NCBI GenBank assembly: GCA_964016885.1
Contig: OZ024740.1
Coordinates: 214,830,001-214,894,000, forward strand
Reading direction: 5' to 3'
Source: Eledone cirrhosa
Taxonomy: Eukaryota
DNA length: 64,000 nt
Part shown: in pieces, positions 10,270 through 27,900 of the stretch
How positions within the stretch are numbered: position 1 is the stretch's first letter
Layout: each line of letters opens with the position of its first letter
Program-made: the position numbers and the translations under genes
Notes under the pieces: model-generated
What the model was told of the DNA's origin: nothing
Database searches by the model: none
The model's input: the letters and a program-made list of their open reading frames with translations, nothing else

Positions 10270-10293
10270 GTGTATGTATGTGAGATAGAGAGT
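9808..10293. repeat. (GA)n/(GT)n compound microsatellite with ~100-bp internal tandem duplication
   Basis: agaagactggagtgagggagagagagatgg(g/a)ggctggagagaga occurs at ~9965 and ~10070. aaggct(g/t)gagt recurs at ~9943, 10044 and 10147. Confidence 0.93.
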
Positions 10294-10420
10294 GAAATGC
10301 TGTGGTTAGCTGCAATGAATGTGTTCATGTGATACAGTCAATGTTTATCTAATACAGAATTAGGAGAAGTGGAAGGACATCACTGGAAAGTACAAACATT
10401 GTTCCACTGAAACAAGGATG

Positions 10421-10560
10421 GAGTAGTAGTACTAGTAGTAGTAGTAATAGTAATAGTGGTGGTGTTGGTGGTGGTGGTGGTGATAGTAGTAGTAGTAGTA
10501 GTAGTAGTGGTAGTGGTGGTGGTAGTGGTAGTAGTAGTGGTGGTGGTGGTGGTGGTAGTG

Positions 10561-10615
<55 letters not shown>

Positions 10616-10625
10616 CAGTGGTGGC

Positions 10626-10678
<53 letters not shown>

Positions 10679-10953
10679 CAGTGGTGGCGGTGGTAGTAGT
10701 AGTAGTAGTGGTAGTGGTGGTGGTGGTGGTGGTGGTGGTGGTGGTGGTGGTGGTGGTGGTAGTAGTAGTGGTAGTGGTGGTGGTGGTGGTGGTGGTGGTG
10801 GTGGTGGTGGTGGTGGTAGTAGTAGTGGTAGTGGTGGTGGTGGTGGTGGTGGTGGTGGTAGTAGTAGTAGTAGTGGTGGTGGTGGTGGTGTTGGTGGTGG
10901 TGGTGGTGGTGGTGGTAGTAGTAGTATTGGTAATAGTAGTGGTGGCAGTAGTG
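10421..10953. repeat. Compound (GTA)n/(GTG)n trinucleotide microsatellite
   Basis: Direct inspection. The poly-V and poly-H/Y ORFs are artefacts. Confidence 0.96.
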
Positions 10954-10968
10954 CAATATCATTAATAG

Positions 10969-13900
10969 GACATCAGCCATGACAGCAACATCAACAGCAG
11001 CAAGGCGGCAGTACCAGCAGTAACAGCAACAGCACTATCATCAGCAACAGCATCACCACCAGCAACAGTAGCAGCAACAACAACAGTACCATCAACAACA
11101 ACAACAACAACAACAGTACCATCAACAACAACAACAGTACCAACAACAACAACAACAGTACCAACAACAACAACAGTACCAACAACAACAACAACAACAG
11201 TACCAACAACAACAACAACAACAACAGTACCAACAACAACAGTACCAACAACAACAACAACAGTACCAACAACAACAACAGTACCAACAACAACAACAGT
11301 ACCAACAACAACAACAGTACCAACAACAACAACAGTACCAACAACAACAACAACAGTATCAACAACAACAACAACAGTACCAACAACAACAACAACAGTA
11401 CCAACAACAACAACAGTACCAACAACAACAACAGTACCAACAACAACAACAACAGTACCAACAACAACAACAGTACCAACAACAACAACAGTACCAACAA
11501 CAACAACAGTACCAACAACAACAACAGTACCAACAACAACAACAGTACCAACAACAACAACAGTACCAACAACAACAACAACAGTACCAACAACAACAAC
11601 AGTACCAACAACAACAACAGTACCAACAACAACAACAGTACCAACAACAACAACAACAGTATCAACAACAACAACAACAGTACCAACAACAACAACAACA
11701 GTACCAACAACAACAACAGTACCAACAACAACAACAGTACCAACAACAACAACAGTACCAACAACAACAACAGTACCAACAACAACAACAACAGTACCAA
11801 CAACAACAACAGTACCAACAACAACAACAGTTCCAACAACAACAACAACAGTACCAACAACAACAACAGTACCAACAACAACAACAGTACCAACAACAAC
11901 AACAACAGTACCAACAACAACAACAGTACCAACAACAACAACAGTACCAACAACAACAACAGTACCAACAACAACAACAGTACCAACAACAACAACAGTA
12001 CCAACAACAACAACAACAGTACCAACAACAACAACAGTACCAACAACAACAAGAGTACCAACAACAACAACAGTACCAACAACAACAACAGTACCAACAA
12101 CAACAACAACAGTACCAACAACAACAACAACAGTACCAACAACAACAACAGTACCAACAACAACAACAGTACCAACAACAACAACAACAGTACCAAAAAC
12201 AACAACAGTACCAAAAACAACAACAGTACCAACAACAACAACAAACGTACCAACAACAACAACAGTACCAACAACAACAACAGTACCAACAACAACAACA
12301 GTACCAACAACAACAACAGTACCAACAACAACAGTACCAACAACAACAACAGTACCAACAACAACAACAACAGTACCGACAACAACAACAGTACCAACAA
12401 CAACAACAGTACCAACAACAACAACAGTACCAACAACAACAACAACAACAGTACCAACAACAACAACAGTACCAACAACAACAACAGTACCAACAACAAC
12501 AACAACAGTACCACCAACAACAACAACAGTACCAACAACAACAACAGTACCAACAACAACAACAACAGTACCAACAACAACAACAGTACCAACAACAACA
12601 ACAGTACCAACAACAACAACAGTACCAACAACAACAACAGTACCAACAACAACAACAGTACCAACAACAACAACAGTACCAACAACAACAACAACAGTAC
12701 CAACAACAACAGTACCAACAACAACAACAGTACCAACAACAACAACAGTACCAACAACAACAACAACAACAGTACCAACAACAACAACAACAGTACCAAC
12801 AACAACAACAGTACCAACAACAACAACAGTACCAACAACAACAACAGTACCAACAACAACAACAGTAGCAACAACAACAGTACCAACAACAACAACAACA
12901 GTACCAACAACAACAACAGTAGCAACAACAACAGTACCAATAACAACAACAGTACCAACAACAACAACAGTACCAACAACAACAACAGTACCAACAACAA
13001 CAACAGTAGCAACAACAACAGTACCAACAACAACAACAGTACCAAAACCAACAACAGTACCAACAACAACAGTACCAACAACAACAACAGTACCAACAAC
13101 AACAACAGTAGCAACAACAACAGTACCAACAACAACAACAACAGTACCAACAACAACAACAGTAGCAACAACAACAGTACCAATAACAACAACAGTACCA
13201 ACAACAACAACAGTACCAACAACAACAACAGTACCAACAACAACAACAGTAGCAACAACAACAGTACCAACAACAACAACAGTACCAAAATCAACAACAG
13301 TACCAACAACAACAGTACCAACAACAACAACAGTACCAACAACAACAACAGTAGCAACAACAACAACAGTACCAACAACAACAACAGTAGCAACAACAGC
13401 AACAGTACCAACAACAACAACAGTACCAACAACAACAACAGTACCAACAACAACAACAGTACCAACAACAACAACAGTACCAACAACAACAACAGTAACA
13501 ACAACAACAACAGTACCAACAACAACAACAGTAGCAACAACAACAGTACCAATAACAACAACAGTACCAACAACAACAACAGTACCAACAACAACAACAG
13601 TACCAACAACAACAACAGTAGCAACAACAACAGTACCAACAACAACAACAGTACCAAAACCAACAACAGTACCAACAACAACAGTACCAACAACAACAAC
13701 AGTACCAACAACAACAACAGTAGCAACAACAACAACAGTACCAACAACTACAACAGTACCAACAACAACAACAGTAGCAACAACAACAACAGTACCAACA
13801 ACAACAACAGTAACAACAACAACAGTAACAACAACAGTAACAACAACAACAACAACAGTACCAACAACAACAACAGTAGCAACAACAACAACAGTACCAA

Positions 13901-15957
13901 CAACAACAACAGTAACAACAACAACAGTAACAACAACAGTAACAACAACAACAACAACAGTACCAACAACAACAACAGTAGCAACAACAACAACAGTACC
14001 AACAACAACAACTGTACCAACAACAACAACAGTAGCAACAACAACAACAGTACCAACAACAACAACAACAGTACCAACAACAACAACAACAAGAGTACCA
14101 ACAACAACAACGACAGTACCAACAACAACAACAGTACCAACAACAACAACAACAGTACCAACAACAACAACAACAGTACCAACAACAACAACAGTACCAA
14201 CAACAACAACAGTACCAACAACAACAACAACAGTACCAACAACAACAACAACAACAGTACCAACAACAACAACAGTACCAACAACAACAACAGTACCAAC
14301 AACAACAACAACAGTACCAACAACAACAACAGTACCAACAACAACAACAACAGTACCAACAACAACAACAGTACCAACAACAACAACAACAGTAACAACA
14401 ACAACAACAGTACCAACAACAACAACAACAGTACCAACAACAACAACAACAGTACCAACAACAACAACAACAGTACCAACAACAACAACAACAGTACCAA
14501 CAACAACAACAGTACCAACAACAACAACAGTACCAACAACAACAACAGTACCAACAACAACAACAGTAGCAACAACAACAACAGTACCAACAACAACAAT
14601 AGTACCAACAACAACAACAGTACCAACAACAACAATAGTACCAACAACAACAACAGTACCAACAACAAAAACAGTACCAACAACAACAAGAGTACCAACA
14701 ACAGTACCAACAACAACAACAACAGTACCAACAACAACAACAGTACCAACAACAACAACAGTACCAACAACAACAACAACAATACCAACAAAAACAACAG
14801 TACCAACAACAACAACAGTATCAACAACAACAGTACCAACAACAACAACAACAGTACCAACAGCAACAACAGTACCAACAACAACAACAGTACCAACAAC
14901 AACAACAGTACCAACAACAACAACAGTACCAACAACAACAACAACAGTACCAACAACAACAACAGTAGCAACAACAACAACAGTACAAACAACAACAACA
15001 GTACCAACAACAACAACAGTACCAACAACAACAACAATACTAAAAACAACAACAACAGTACCAACAACAACAACGGTACCAACAACAACAACAGTACCAA
15101 CAACAACAACAACAGTACCAACAACAACAACAGTAGCAACAACAACAGTACCAACAACAACACCAGTACCAACAACAACAACAGTACCAACAACAACAAC
15201 AGTACCAACAACAACAACAGTAGCAACAACAACAGTACCAACAACAACAACAGTACCAACAACAACAACATTACCAACAACAACAACAGTACCAACAACA
15301 ACAACAGTACCAACAACAACAACAGTACCAACAACAACAACAGTAGCAACAACAACAACAACAGTACCAACAACAACAACAACAGTACCAACAACAACAA
15401 CAGTACCAACAACAACAACAGTACCAACAACAACAACAGTACCAACAACAACAACAACAGTACCAACAACAACAACAGTACCAACAACAACAACAGTAGC
15501 AACAACAACAACAGTACCAACAACAACAACAGTACCAACAACAACAACAGTACCAACAACAACAACAGTACTAAAAACAACAACAACAGTACCAACAACA
15601 ACAACAGTACCAACAACAACAACAGTACCAACAACAACAACAGTACCAACAACAACAACAGTACCAACAACAATAACAGTACCAACAACAACAACAGTAC
15701 CAACAACAACAACAGTACCAACAACAACAACAACAGTACCAACAACAACAACAGTACCAACAACAACAACAACAGTACCAACAACAACAACAGTACCAAC
15801 AACAACAACAGTACCAACAGCAACAGTACCAACAACAACAACAGTACCAACAACAACAACAGTACCAACAACAACAACAGTACCAACAACAACAACAGTA
15901 CCAACAACAACAGTACCAACAACAACAACAGTACCAACAACAACAACAGTACTAAAA
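10969..15957 (+). other. Stop-free, start-less frame (~1660 codons) reading DISHDSNINSSKAAVPAVTATALSSATASPPATVAATTTVPSTT..(VPTTTT)n; possible mucin-like exon but more likely non-coding
   Basis: The frame opens after TAATAG (10963-10968) and stays in the VPTTTT phase until the GTACTAAAAC shift at 15949. It is absent from the ORF track because it has no start codon. No signal peptide or globular domain. Confidence 0.15.
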
Positions 15958-18900
15958 CAACAACAACAGTACCAACAACAACAACAGTACCAACAACAAC
16001 AACAACAGTACCAACAACAACAACAGTACCAACAACAACAGTATCAACAACAAAAACAGTACCAACAACAACAACAGTACCAACAACAACAGTACCAACA
16101 ACAACAGTACCAACAACAACAACAGTACCAACAACAACAGCAGTACCAACAACAACAGTACCAACAACAACAACAGTACCAACAACAACAGCAGTACCAA
16201 CAACAACAGTACCAACAACAACAACAGTACCAACAACAACAACAGTACCAACAATAACAGTACCAACAACAACAACAGTACCAACAACAACAACAGTACC
16301 AACAACAACAACAACAGTACCAACAACAGTACCAACAACAGTACCAACAACAACAACAGTACCACCAACAACAACAGTACCAACAACAACAGCAGTACCA
16401 CCAACAACAGTACCAACAACAACAACAGTACCAACAACAACAACAGTACCAACAACAACAACAGTACCAACAACAACCTTACCAACAACAACAACAGTAC
16501 CAACAACAACAACAGTACCAACAACAACAGTACCAACAACAACAACAGTACCAATAACAACAACAGTACCAACAACAACAACAGTACCAACAACAACAGT
16601 ACCAACAACAACAACAGTACCAACAACAACAGTACCAACAACAACAACAGTACCAACAACAACAACAGTACCAACAACAACAACAGCACCAACAACAATA
16701 GTACCAACAACAACAACAGTACCAACAACAACACTACCAACAGCAACAACAGTACCAACAACAACAACAGTACCAACAACAACAACAGTACCAACAACAA
16801 CAACAGTACCAACAACAACAACCGTAACAACAACAACAACAACAGTACCGACAACAACAACAGTACCAACAACAACAACAGTACCAACAACAAGAGTACC
16901 AACAACAACAACAGTACCAACAACAGTACCAACAACAACAACAGTAACAACAACAACAACAGTACCAACAACAACCTTACCAACAACAACAACAGTACCA
17001 ACAACAACAACAGTACCAACAACAACAGTACCAACAACAACAACAGTACCAACAACAACAACAGTACCAACAACAACAACAGTACCAACAACAAGAGTAC
17101 CAACAACAACAACAGTACCAACAACAACAGTACCAACAACAACAACAGTACCAACAACAACAACAGTACCAACAACAACAACAGCACCAACAACAACAGT
17201 ACCAACAACAACAACAGTACCAACAACAACACTACCAACAACAACAACAGTACCAACAACAACAACAGTACCAACAACAACAACAATACCAACAACAACA
17301 ACAGTACCAACAACAACAACAGTACCAACAACAAGAACAGTAACAACAACAACAACAACAGTACCAACAACAACAACAGTACCAACAACAACAACAGTAC
17401 CAACAACAACAGTACCAACAACAACAACAGTACCAACAACAACACTACCAACAGCAACAACAGTACCAACAACAACAACAGTACCAACAACAACAACAGT
17501 ACCAACAACAACAACAGTACCAACAACAAGAACAGTAACAACAACAACAACAACAGTACCAACAACAACAACAACAGTACCAACAACAACAACAGTACCA
17601 ACAACAACAACAGTACCAACAACAACAACAGTACCAACAACAACAACAACAGTACCAACAACAACAACAGTACCAACAACAACAACAGTACCAACAACAA
17701 CAACAGTACCAACAACAACAACAGTACCAACAACAACAACAGTACCAACAACAACAACAGTACCAACAACAACAACAACAGTACCAACAACAACAACAGT
17801 ACCAACAACAACAACAGTACCAACAACAACAACAGTACCAACAACAACAACAACAGTATCAACAACAACAACAACAGTACCAACAACAACAACAACAGTA
17901 CCAACAACAACAACAGTACCAACAACAACAACAGTACCAACAACAACAACAGTACCAACAACAACAACAACAGTACCAACAACAACAACAGTACCAACAA
18001 CAACAACAGTTCCAACAACAACAACAACAGTACCAACAACAACAACAGTACCAACAACAACAACAGTACCAACAACAACAACAACAGTACCAACAACAAC
18101 AACAGTACCAACAACAACAACAGTACCAACAACAACAACAGTACCAACAACAACAACAGTACCAACAACAACAACAGTACCAACAACAACAACAACAGTA
18201 CCAACAACAACAACAGTACCAACAACAACAAGAGTACCAACAACAACAACAGTACCAACAACAACAACAGTACCAACAACAACAACAACAGTACCAACAA
18301 CAACAACAACAGTACCAACAACAACAACAGTACCAACAACAACAACAGTACCAACAACAACAACAACAGTACCAAAAACAACAACAGTACCAAAAACAAC
18401 AACAGTACCAACAACAACAACAAACGTACCAACAACAACAACAGTACCAACAACAACAACAGTACCAACAACAACAACAGTACCAACAACAACAACAGTA
18501 CCAACAACAACAGTACCAACAACAACAACAGTACCAACAACAACAACAACAGTACCAACAACAACAACAGTACCAACAACAACAACAGTACCAACAACAA
18601 CAACAGTACCAACAACAACAACAACAACAGTACCAACGACAACAACAGTACCAACAACAACAACAGTACCAACAACAACAACAACAGTACCACCAACAAC
18701 AACAGTACCAACAACAACAACAGTACCAACAACAACAACAACAGTACCAACAACAACAACAGTACCAACAACAACAACAGTACCAACAACAACAACAGTA
18801 CCAACAACAACAACAGTACCAACAACAACAACAACAGTACCAACAACAACAGTACCAACAACAACAACAGTACCAACAACAACAACAGTACCAACAACAA

Positions 18901-21900
18901 CAACAACAACAGTACCAACAACAACAACAACAGTACCAACAACAACAACAGTACCAACAACAACAACAGTACCAACAACAACAACAGTACCAACAACAAC
19001 AACAGTAGCAACAACAACAGTACCAACAACAACAACAACAGTACCAACAACAACAACAGTAGCAACAACAACAGTACCAATAACAACAACAGTACCAACA
19101 ACAACAACAGTACCAACAACAACAACAGTACCAACAACAACAACAGTAGCAACAACAACAGTACCAACAACAACAACAGTACCAAAACCAACAACAGTAC
19201 CAACAACAACAGTACCAACAACAACAACAGTACCAACAACAACAACAGTAGCAACAACAACAGTACCAACAACAACAACAACAGTACCAACAACAACAAC
19301 AGTAGCAACAACAACAGTACCAATAACAACAACAGTACCAACAACAACAACAGTACCAACAACAACAACAGTATCAACAACAACAACAGTAGCAACAACA
19401 ACAGTACCAACAACAACAACAGTACCAAAACCAACAACAGTACCAAAACCAACAACAGTACCAACAACAACAGTACCAACAACAACAACAGTACCAACAA
19501 CAACAACAGTAGCAACAACAACAACAGTACCAACAACAACAACAGTAGCAACAACAGCAACAGTACCAACAACAACAACAGTACCAACAACAACAACAGT
19601 ACCAACAACAACAACAGTACCAACAACAACAACAGTACCAACAACAACAACAGTAACAACAACAACAACAGTACCAACAACAACAACAGTAGCAACAACA
19701 ACAGTACCAATAACAACAACAGTACCAACAACAACAACAGTACCAACAACAACAACAGTACCAACAACAACAACAGTAGCAACAACAACAGTACCAACAA
19801 CAACAACAGTACCAAAACCAACAACAGTACCAACAACAACAGTACCAACAACAACAACAGTACCAACAACAACAACAGTAGCAACAACAACAACAGTACC
19901 AACAACAACAACAATAACAACAACAACAGTAACAACAACAGTAACAACAACAACAACAACAGTACCAACAACAACAACAGTAGCAACAACAACAACAGTA
20001 CCAACAACAACAACAGTAACAACAACAACAACAACAACAACAGTACCAACAACAACAACAGTAGCAACAACAACAACAGTACCAACAACAACAACTGTAC
20101 CAACAACAACAACAGTAGCAACAACAACAACAGTACCAACAACAACAACAACAGTACCAACAACAACAACAACAACAGTACCAACAACAACAACGACAGT
20201 ACCAACAACAACAACAGTACCAACAACAACAACAACAGTACCAACAACAACAACAACAGTACCAACAACAACAACAGTACCAACAACAACAATAGTACCA
20301 ACAACAACAACAACAGTACCAACAACAACAACAACAACAGTACCAACAACAACAACAGTACCAACAACAACAACAGTACCAACAACAACAACAACAGTAC
20401 CAACAACAACAACAGTACCAACAACAACAACAACAGTAACAACAACAACAACAGTACCAACAACAACAACAACAGTACCAACAACAACAACAACAGTACC
20501 AACAACAACAACAACAGTACCAACAACAACAACAACAGTACCAACAACAACAACAGTACCAACAACAACATCAGTACCAACAACAACAACAGTACCAACA
20601 ACAACAACAGTAGCAACAACAACAACAGTACCAACAACAACAATAGTACCAACAACAACAACAGTACCAACAACAACAATAGTACCAACAACAACAACAG
20701 TACCAACAACAAAAACAGTACCAACAACAACAAGAGTACCAACAACAGTACCAACAACAACAACAACAGTACCAACAACAACAACAGTACCAACAACAAC
20801 AACAGTACCAACAACAACAACAACAATACCAACAAAAACAACAGTACCAACAACAACAACAGTATCAACAACAACAGTACCAACAACAACAACAACAGTA
20901 CCAACAGCAACAACAGTACCAACAACAACAACAGTACCAACAACAACAACAGTACCAACAACAACAACAGTACCAACAACAACAACAACAGTACCAACAA
21001 CAACAACAGTAGCAACAACAACAACAGTACCAACAACAACAACAGTACCAACAACAACAACAGTACCAACAACAACAACAATACTAAAAACAACAACAAC
21101 AGTACCAACAACAACAACGGTACCAACAACAACAACAGTACCAACAACAACAACAACAGTACCAACAACAACAACAGTAGCAACAACAACAGTACCAACA
21201 ACAACACCAGTACCAACAACAACAACAGTACCAACAACAACAACAGTACCAACAACAACAACAGTAGCAACAACAACAGTACCAACAACAACAACAGTAC
21301 CAACAACAACAACATTACCAACAACAACAACAGTACCAACAACAACAACAGTACCAACAACAACAACAGTACCAACAACAACAACAGTAGCAACAACAAC
21401 AACAACAGTACCAACAACAACAACAACAGTACCAACAACAACAACAGTACCAACAACAACAACAGTACCAACAACAACAACAGTACCAACAACAACAACA
21501 ACAGTACCAACAACAACAACAGTACCAACAACAACAACAGTAGCAACAACAACAACAGTACCAACAACAACAACAGTACCAACAACAACAACAGTACCAA
21601 CAACAACAACAGTACTAAAAACAACAACAACAGTACCAACAACAACAACAGTACCAACAACAACAACAGTACCAACAACAACAACAGTACCAATAACAAC
21701 AACAGTACCAACAACAATAACAGTACCAACAACAACAACAGTACCAACAACAACAACAGTACCAACAACAACAACAACAGTACCAACAACAACAACAGTA
21801 ACAACAACAACAACAACAGTACCAACAACAACAACAGTACCAACAACAACAACAGTACCAACAGCAACAGTACCAACAACAACAACAGTACCAACAACAA

Positions 21901-24900
21901 CAACAGTACCAACAACAACAACAGTACCAACAACAACAACAGTACCAACAACAACAGTACCAACAACAACAACAGTACCAACAACAACAACAGTACTAAA
22001 ACAACAACAACAGTACCAACAACAACAACAGTACCAACAACAACAACAACAGTACCAACAACAACAACAGTACCAACAACAACAGTATCAACAACAAAAA
22101 CAGTACCAACAACAACAACAGTACCAACAACAACAGTACCAACAACAACAACAGTACCAACAACAACAGCAGTACCAACAACAACAGTACCAACAACAAC
22201 AACAGTACCAACAACAACAGCAGTACCAACAACAACAGTACCAACAACAACAACAGTACCAACAACAACAGCAGTACCAACAATAACAGTACCAACAACA
22301 ACAGTACCAACAACAACAACAGTACCAACAACAACAACAACAGTACCAACAACAGTACCAACAACAGTACCAACAACAACAACAGTACCACCAACAACAA
22401 CAGTACCAACAACAACAGCAGTACCACCAACAACAGTACCAACAACAACAACAGTACCAACAACAACAACAGTACCAACAACAACAACAGTACCAACAAC
22501 AACCTTACCAACAACAACAACAGTACCAACAACAACAACAGTACCAACAACAACAGTACCAACAACAACAACAGTACCAATAACAACAACAGTACCAACA
22601 ACAACAACAGTACCAACAACAACAGTACCAACAACAACAACAGTACCAACAACAACAGTACCAACAACAACAACAGTACCAACAACAACAACAGTACCAA
22701 CAACAACAACAGCACCAACAACAATAGTACCAACAACAACAACAGTACCAACAACAACACTACCAACAGCAACAACAGTACCAACAACAACAACAGTACC
22801 AACAACAACAACAGTACCAACAACAACAACAGTACCAACAACAACAACCGTAACAACAACAACAACAACAGTACCAACAGCAACAACAGTACCAACAACA
22901 ACAACAGTACCAACAACAAGAGTACCAACAACAACAACAGTACCAACAACAGTACCAACAACAACAACAGTAACAACAACAACAACAGTACCAACAACAA
23001 CCTTACCAACAACAACAACAGTAGCAACAACAACAACAGTACCAACAACAACAGTACCAACAACAACAACAGTACCAACAACAACAACAGTACCAACAAC
23101 AACAACAGTACCAACAACAAGAGTACCAACAACAACAACAGTACCAACAACAACAGTACCAACAACAACAACAGTACCAACAACAACAACAGTACCAACA
23201 ACAACAACAGCACCAACAACAACAGTACCAACAACAACAACAGTACCAACAACAACACTACCAACAACAACAACAGTACCAACAACAACAACAGTACCAA
23301 CAACAACAACAATACCAACAACAACAACAGTACCAACAACAACAACAGTAACAACAACAAGAACAGTAACAACAACAACAACAACAGTACCAACAACAAC
23401 AACAGTACCAACAACAACAACAGTACCAACAACAACAACAGTACCAACAACAACAGTACCAACAACAACAACAGTACCAACAACAACACTACCAACAGCA
23501 ACAACAGTACCAACAACAACAACAGTACCAACAACAACAACAGTACCAACAACAACAACAGTACCAACAACAAGAACAGTAACAACAACAACAACAACAG
23601 TACCAACAATAACAACAGTACCAACAACAACAACAGTACCAACAACAACAACAGTACCAACAACAACACTACCAACAGCAACAACAGTACCAACAACAAC
23701 AACAGTACCAACAACAACAACAGTACCAACAACAACAACAGTACCAACAACAACAACAGTACCAACAACAACAACAGTACCAACAACAACAGTACCAACA
23801 ACAACAACAGTACCAACAACAACAACACTACCAACAACAACAACTGTACCAACAACAACAACAGTACCAACAACAACAACAGTACCAACAACAACAACAG
23901 TACCAACAACAACAACAGTACCAACAACAGTACCAACAACAACAACAGTACCAACAACAACAACAGTACCAACAACAACAACAGTACCACCAACAACAAC
24001 AGTACCAACAACAACAGCAGTACCACAAACAACAGTACCAACAACAACAACAGTACCAACAACAACAACAGTACCAACAACAACCTTAACAACAACAACA
24101 ACAGTACCAACAACAACAACAGTACCAACAACAATAACAGTACCAACAACAACAACAGTACCAACAACAACAACAGTACCAACAACAACAAGAGTACCAA
24201 CAACAACAACAGTACCAACAACAACAACAGTACCAACAACAACAACAACAGTACCAACAACAACAACAACAGTACCAACAACAACAACAGTACCAACAAC
24301 AACAACAGTACCAACAACAACAACAGTACCAACAACAACAACAGTACCAACAACAACAACAGTACCAACAACAACAACAGTAGCAACAACAACAGTACGA
24401 ACAACAACAGTACCAACAACAACAACAACAGTACCAACAACAACAACAGTACCAACAACAACAACAGTACCAACAACAACAACAGTAGCAACAACAACAG
24501 TACCAACAACAACAACAGTACCAACAACAACAACAGTACCAACAACAACAACAGTACCAACAACAACAACAGTAACAACAACAACAGTACCAACAACAAC
24601 AACAGTACCAATAATAACAACAGTACCAACAACAACAGTACCAACAACAACAACAACAGTAGCAACAACAACAACAGTACCAACAACAACAACTGTACCA
24701 AGAACAACAACAGTAGCAACAACAACAACAGTACCAACAACAACAACAGTAGCAACAACAACAGTAACAACAACAACAACAGTACCAACAAAAACAACAG
24801 TACCAACAACAACAACAGTAGCAACAACAACAGTAACAACAACAACAACATTACCAACAAAAACAACAGTACCAACAACAACAGTACCAACAACAATAAC

Positions 24901-27900
24901 AGTACCAACAACAACAACAGTTGCAACAACAACAGTACCAACAACAACAACAGTACCAACAACAACAACAGTACCAACAACAACAACAGTACCAACAACA
25001 ACAACAGTACCAACAACAACAACAGTAGCAACAACAGTACCAACAACAACAACAGTACCAACAACAACAACAGTACCAACAACAACAACAGTACGAACAA
25101 CAACAACAATACCAACAAAAACAACAGTACCAACAACAACAACAGTACCAACAACAACAACAACAGTACCAACAGCAACAACAGTACCAACAACAACAAC
25201 AACAGTACCAACAGCAACAACAGTACCAACAACAACAACAGTACCAACAACAACAGTACCAACAACAACAACAACAGTACCAACAGCAACAACATTACCA
25301 ACAACAACAACAGTACCAACAACAACAACAGTACCAACAACAACATCAACAGTACCACCAACAACAACAGTACCAACAACAACAACAGTACCAACAACAA
25401 CAACAACAGTACCAACAACAACAACAGTACCAACAACAACAACAGTACCAACAACAACAACAACAGTACCAACAACAACAACAGTAGCAACAACAACAAC
25501 AGTACCAACAACAATAACAGTACCAACAACAACAACAGTACCAACAACAACAATACTAAAAACAACAACAACAGTACCAACAACAACAACAGTACCAACA
25601 ACAACAACAGTAACAACAACAACAGTACCAACAACAACAACAACAGTACCAACAACAACAACAGTAGCAACAACAACAGTACCAACAACAACAACAGTAC
25701 CGACAACAACAACAGTACCAACAACAACAACAGTACCAACAACAACAACAGTAGCAACAACAACAACAACAGTATCAACAACAACAACAGTACCAACAAC
25801 AACAACAGTACCAACAACAACAACAGTACCAACAACAACAACAGTACCAACAACAACAACAGTACCAACAACAACAACAACAGTACCAACAACAACAACA
25901 GTACCAACAACAACAACAGTAGCAACAACAACAACAGTACGAACAACAACAACAGTACCAACAACAACAACAGTAGCAACAACAACAGTACGAACAACAA
26001 CAACAGTACCAACAACAACAACAGTACCAACAACAACAACAGTAACAACAACAACAGTACAAACAACAACAACAGTACCAACAACAACAACAGTACCAAC
26101 AACAACAGTACCAACAACAACAACAACAGTAGCAACAACAACAACAGTACCAACAACAACAACAGTAGCAACAACAACAGTAACAACAACAACAACAGTA
26201 CCAACAAAAACAACAGTACCAACAACAACAACAGTAGCAACAACAACAGTAACAACAACAACAACATTACCAACAAAAACAACAGTACCAACAACAACAA
26301 CAGTACCAACAACAATAACAGTACCAACAACAACAACAGTTGCAACAACAACAGTACCAACAACAACAACAGTACCAACAACAACAACAGTACCAACAAC
26401 AACAACAGTACCAACAACAACAACAGTACCAACAACAACAACAACAGTACCAACAACAACAGTACCAACAACAACAACAGTACCAACAACAACAACAACA
26501 ACAGTACCAACAACAACAACAACAGTACCAACAACAACAACAGTACCAACAACAACAACAGTACCAACAACAACAACAGTACCAACAACAACAACAGTAG
26601 CAACAACAACAGTACCAACAACAACAACAACAGTACCAACAACAACAACAGTAGCAACAACAACAGTACCAATAACAACAACAGTACCAACAACAACAAC
26701 AGTACCAACAACAACAACAGTACCAACAACAACAACAGTAGCAACAACAACAGTACCAACAACAACAACAGTACCAAAACCAACAACAGTACCAACAACA
26801 ACAGTACCAACAACAACAACAGTACCAACAACAACAACAGTAGCAACAACAACAGTACCAACAACAACAACAACAGTACCAACAACAACAACAGTAGCAA
26901 CAACAACAGTACCAATAACAACAACAGTACCAACAACAACAACAGTACCAACAACAACAACAGTACCAACAACAACAACAGTAGCAACAACAACAGTACC
27001 AACAACAACAACAGTACCAAAATCAACAACAGTACCAACAACAACAGTACCAACAACAACAACAGTACCAACAACAACAACAGTAGCAACAACAACAACA
27101 GTACCAACAACAACAACAGTAGCAACAACAGCAACAGTACCAACAACAACAACAGTACCAACAACAACAACAGTACCAACAACAACAACAGTACCAACAA
27201 CAACAACAGTACCAACAACAACAACAGTAACAACAACAACAACAGTACCAACAACAACAACAGTAGCAACAACAACAGTACCAATAACAACAACAGTACC
27301 AACAACAACAACAGTACCAACAACAACAACAGTACCAACAACAACAACAGTAGCAACAACAACAGTACCAACAACAACAACAGTACCAAAACCAACAACA
27401 GTACCAACAACAACAGTACCAACAACAACAACAGTACCAACAACAACAACAGTAGCAACAACAACAACAGTACCAACAACTACAACAGTACCAACAACAA
27501 CAACAGTAGCAACAACAACAACAGTACCAACAACAACAACAGTAACAACAACAACAGTAACAACAACAGTAACAACAACAACAACAACAGTACCAACAAC
27601 AACAACAGTAGCAACAACAACAACAGTACCAACAACAACAACAGTAACAACAACAACAGTAACAACAACAGTAACAACAACAACAACAACAGTACCAACA
27701 ACAACAACAGTAGCAACAACAACAACAGTACCAACAACAACAACTGTACCAACAACAACAACAGTAGCAACAACAACAACAGTACCAACAACAACAACAA
27801 CAGTACCAACAACAACAACAACAACAGTACCAACAACAACAACGACAGTACCAACAACAACAACAGTACCAACAACAACAACAACAGTACCAACAACAAC

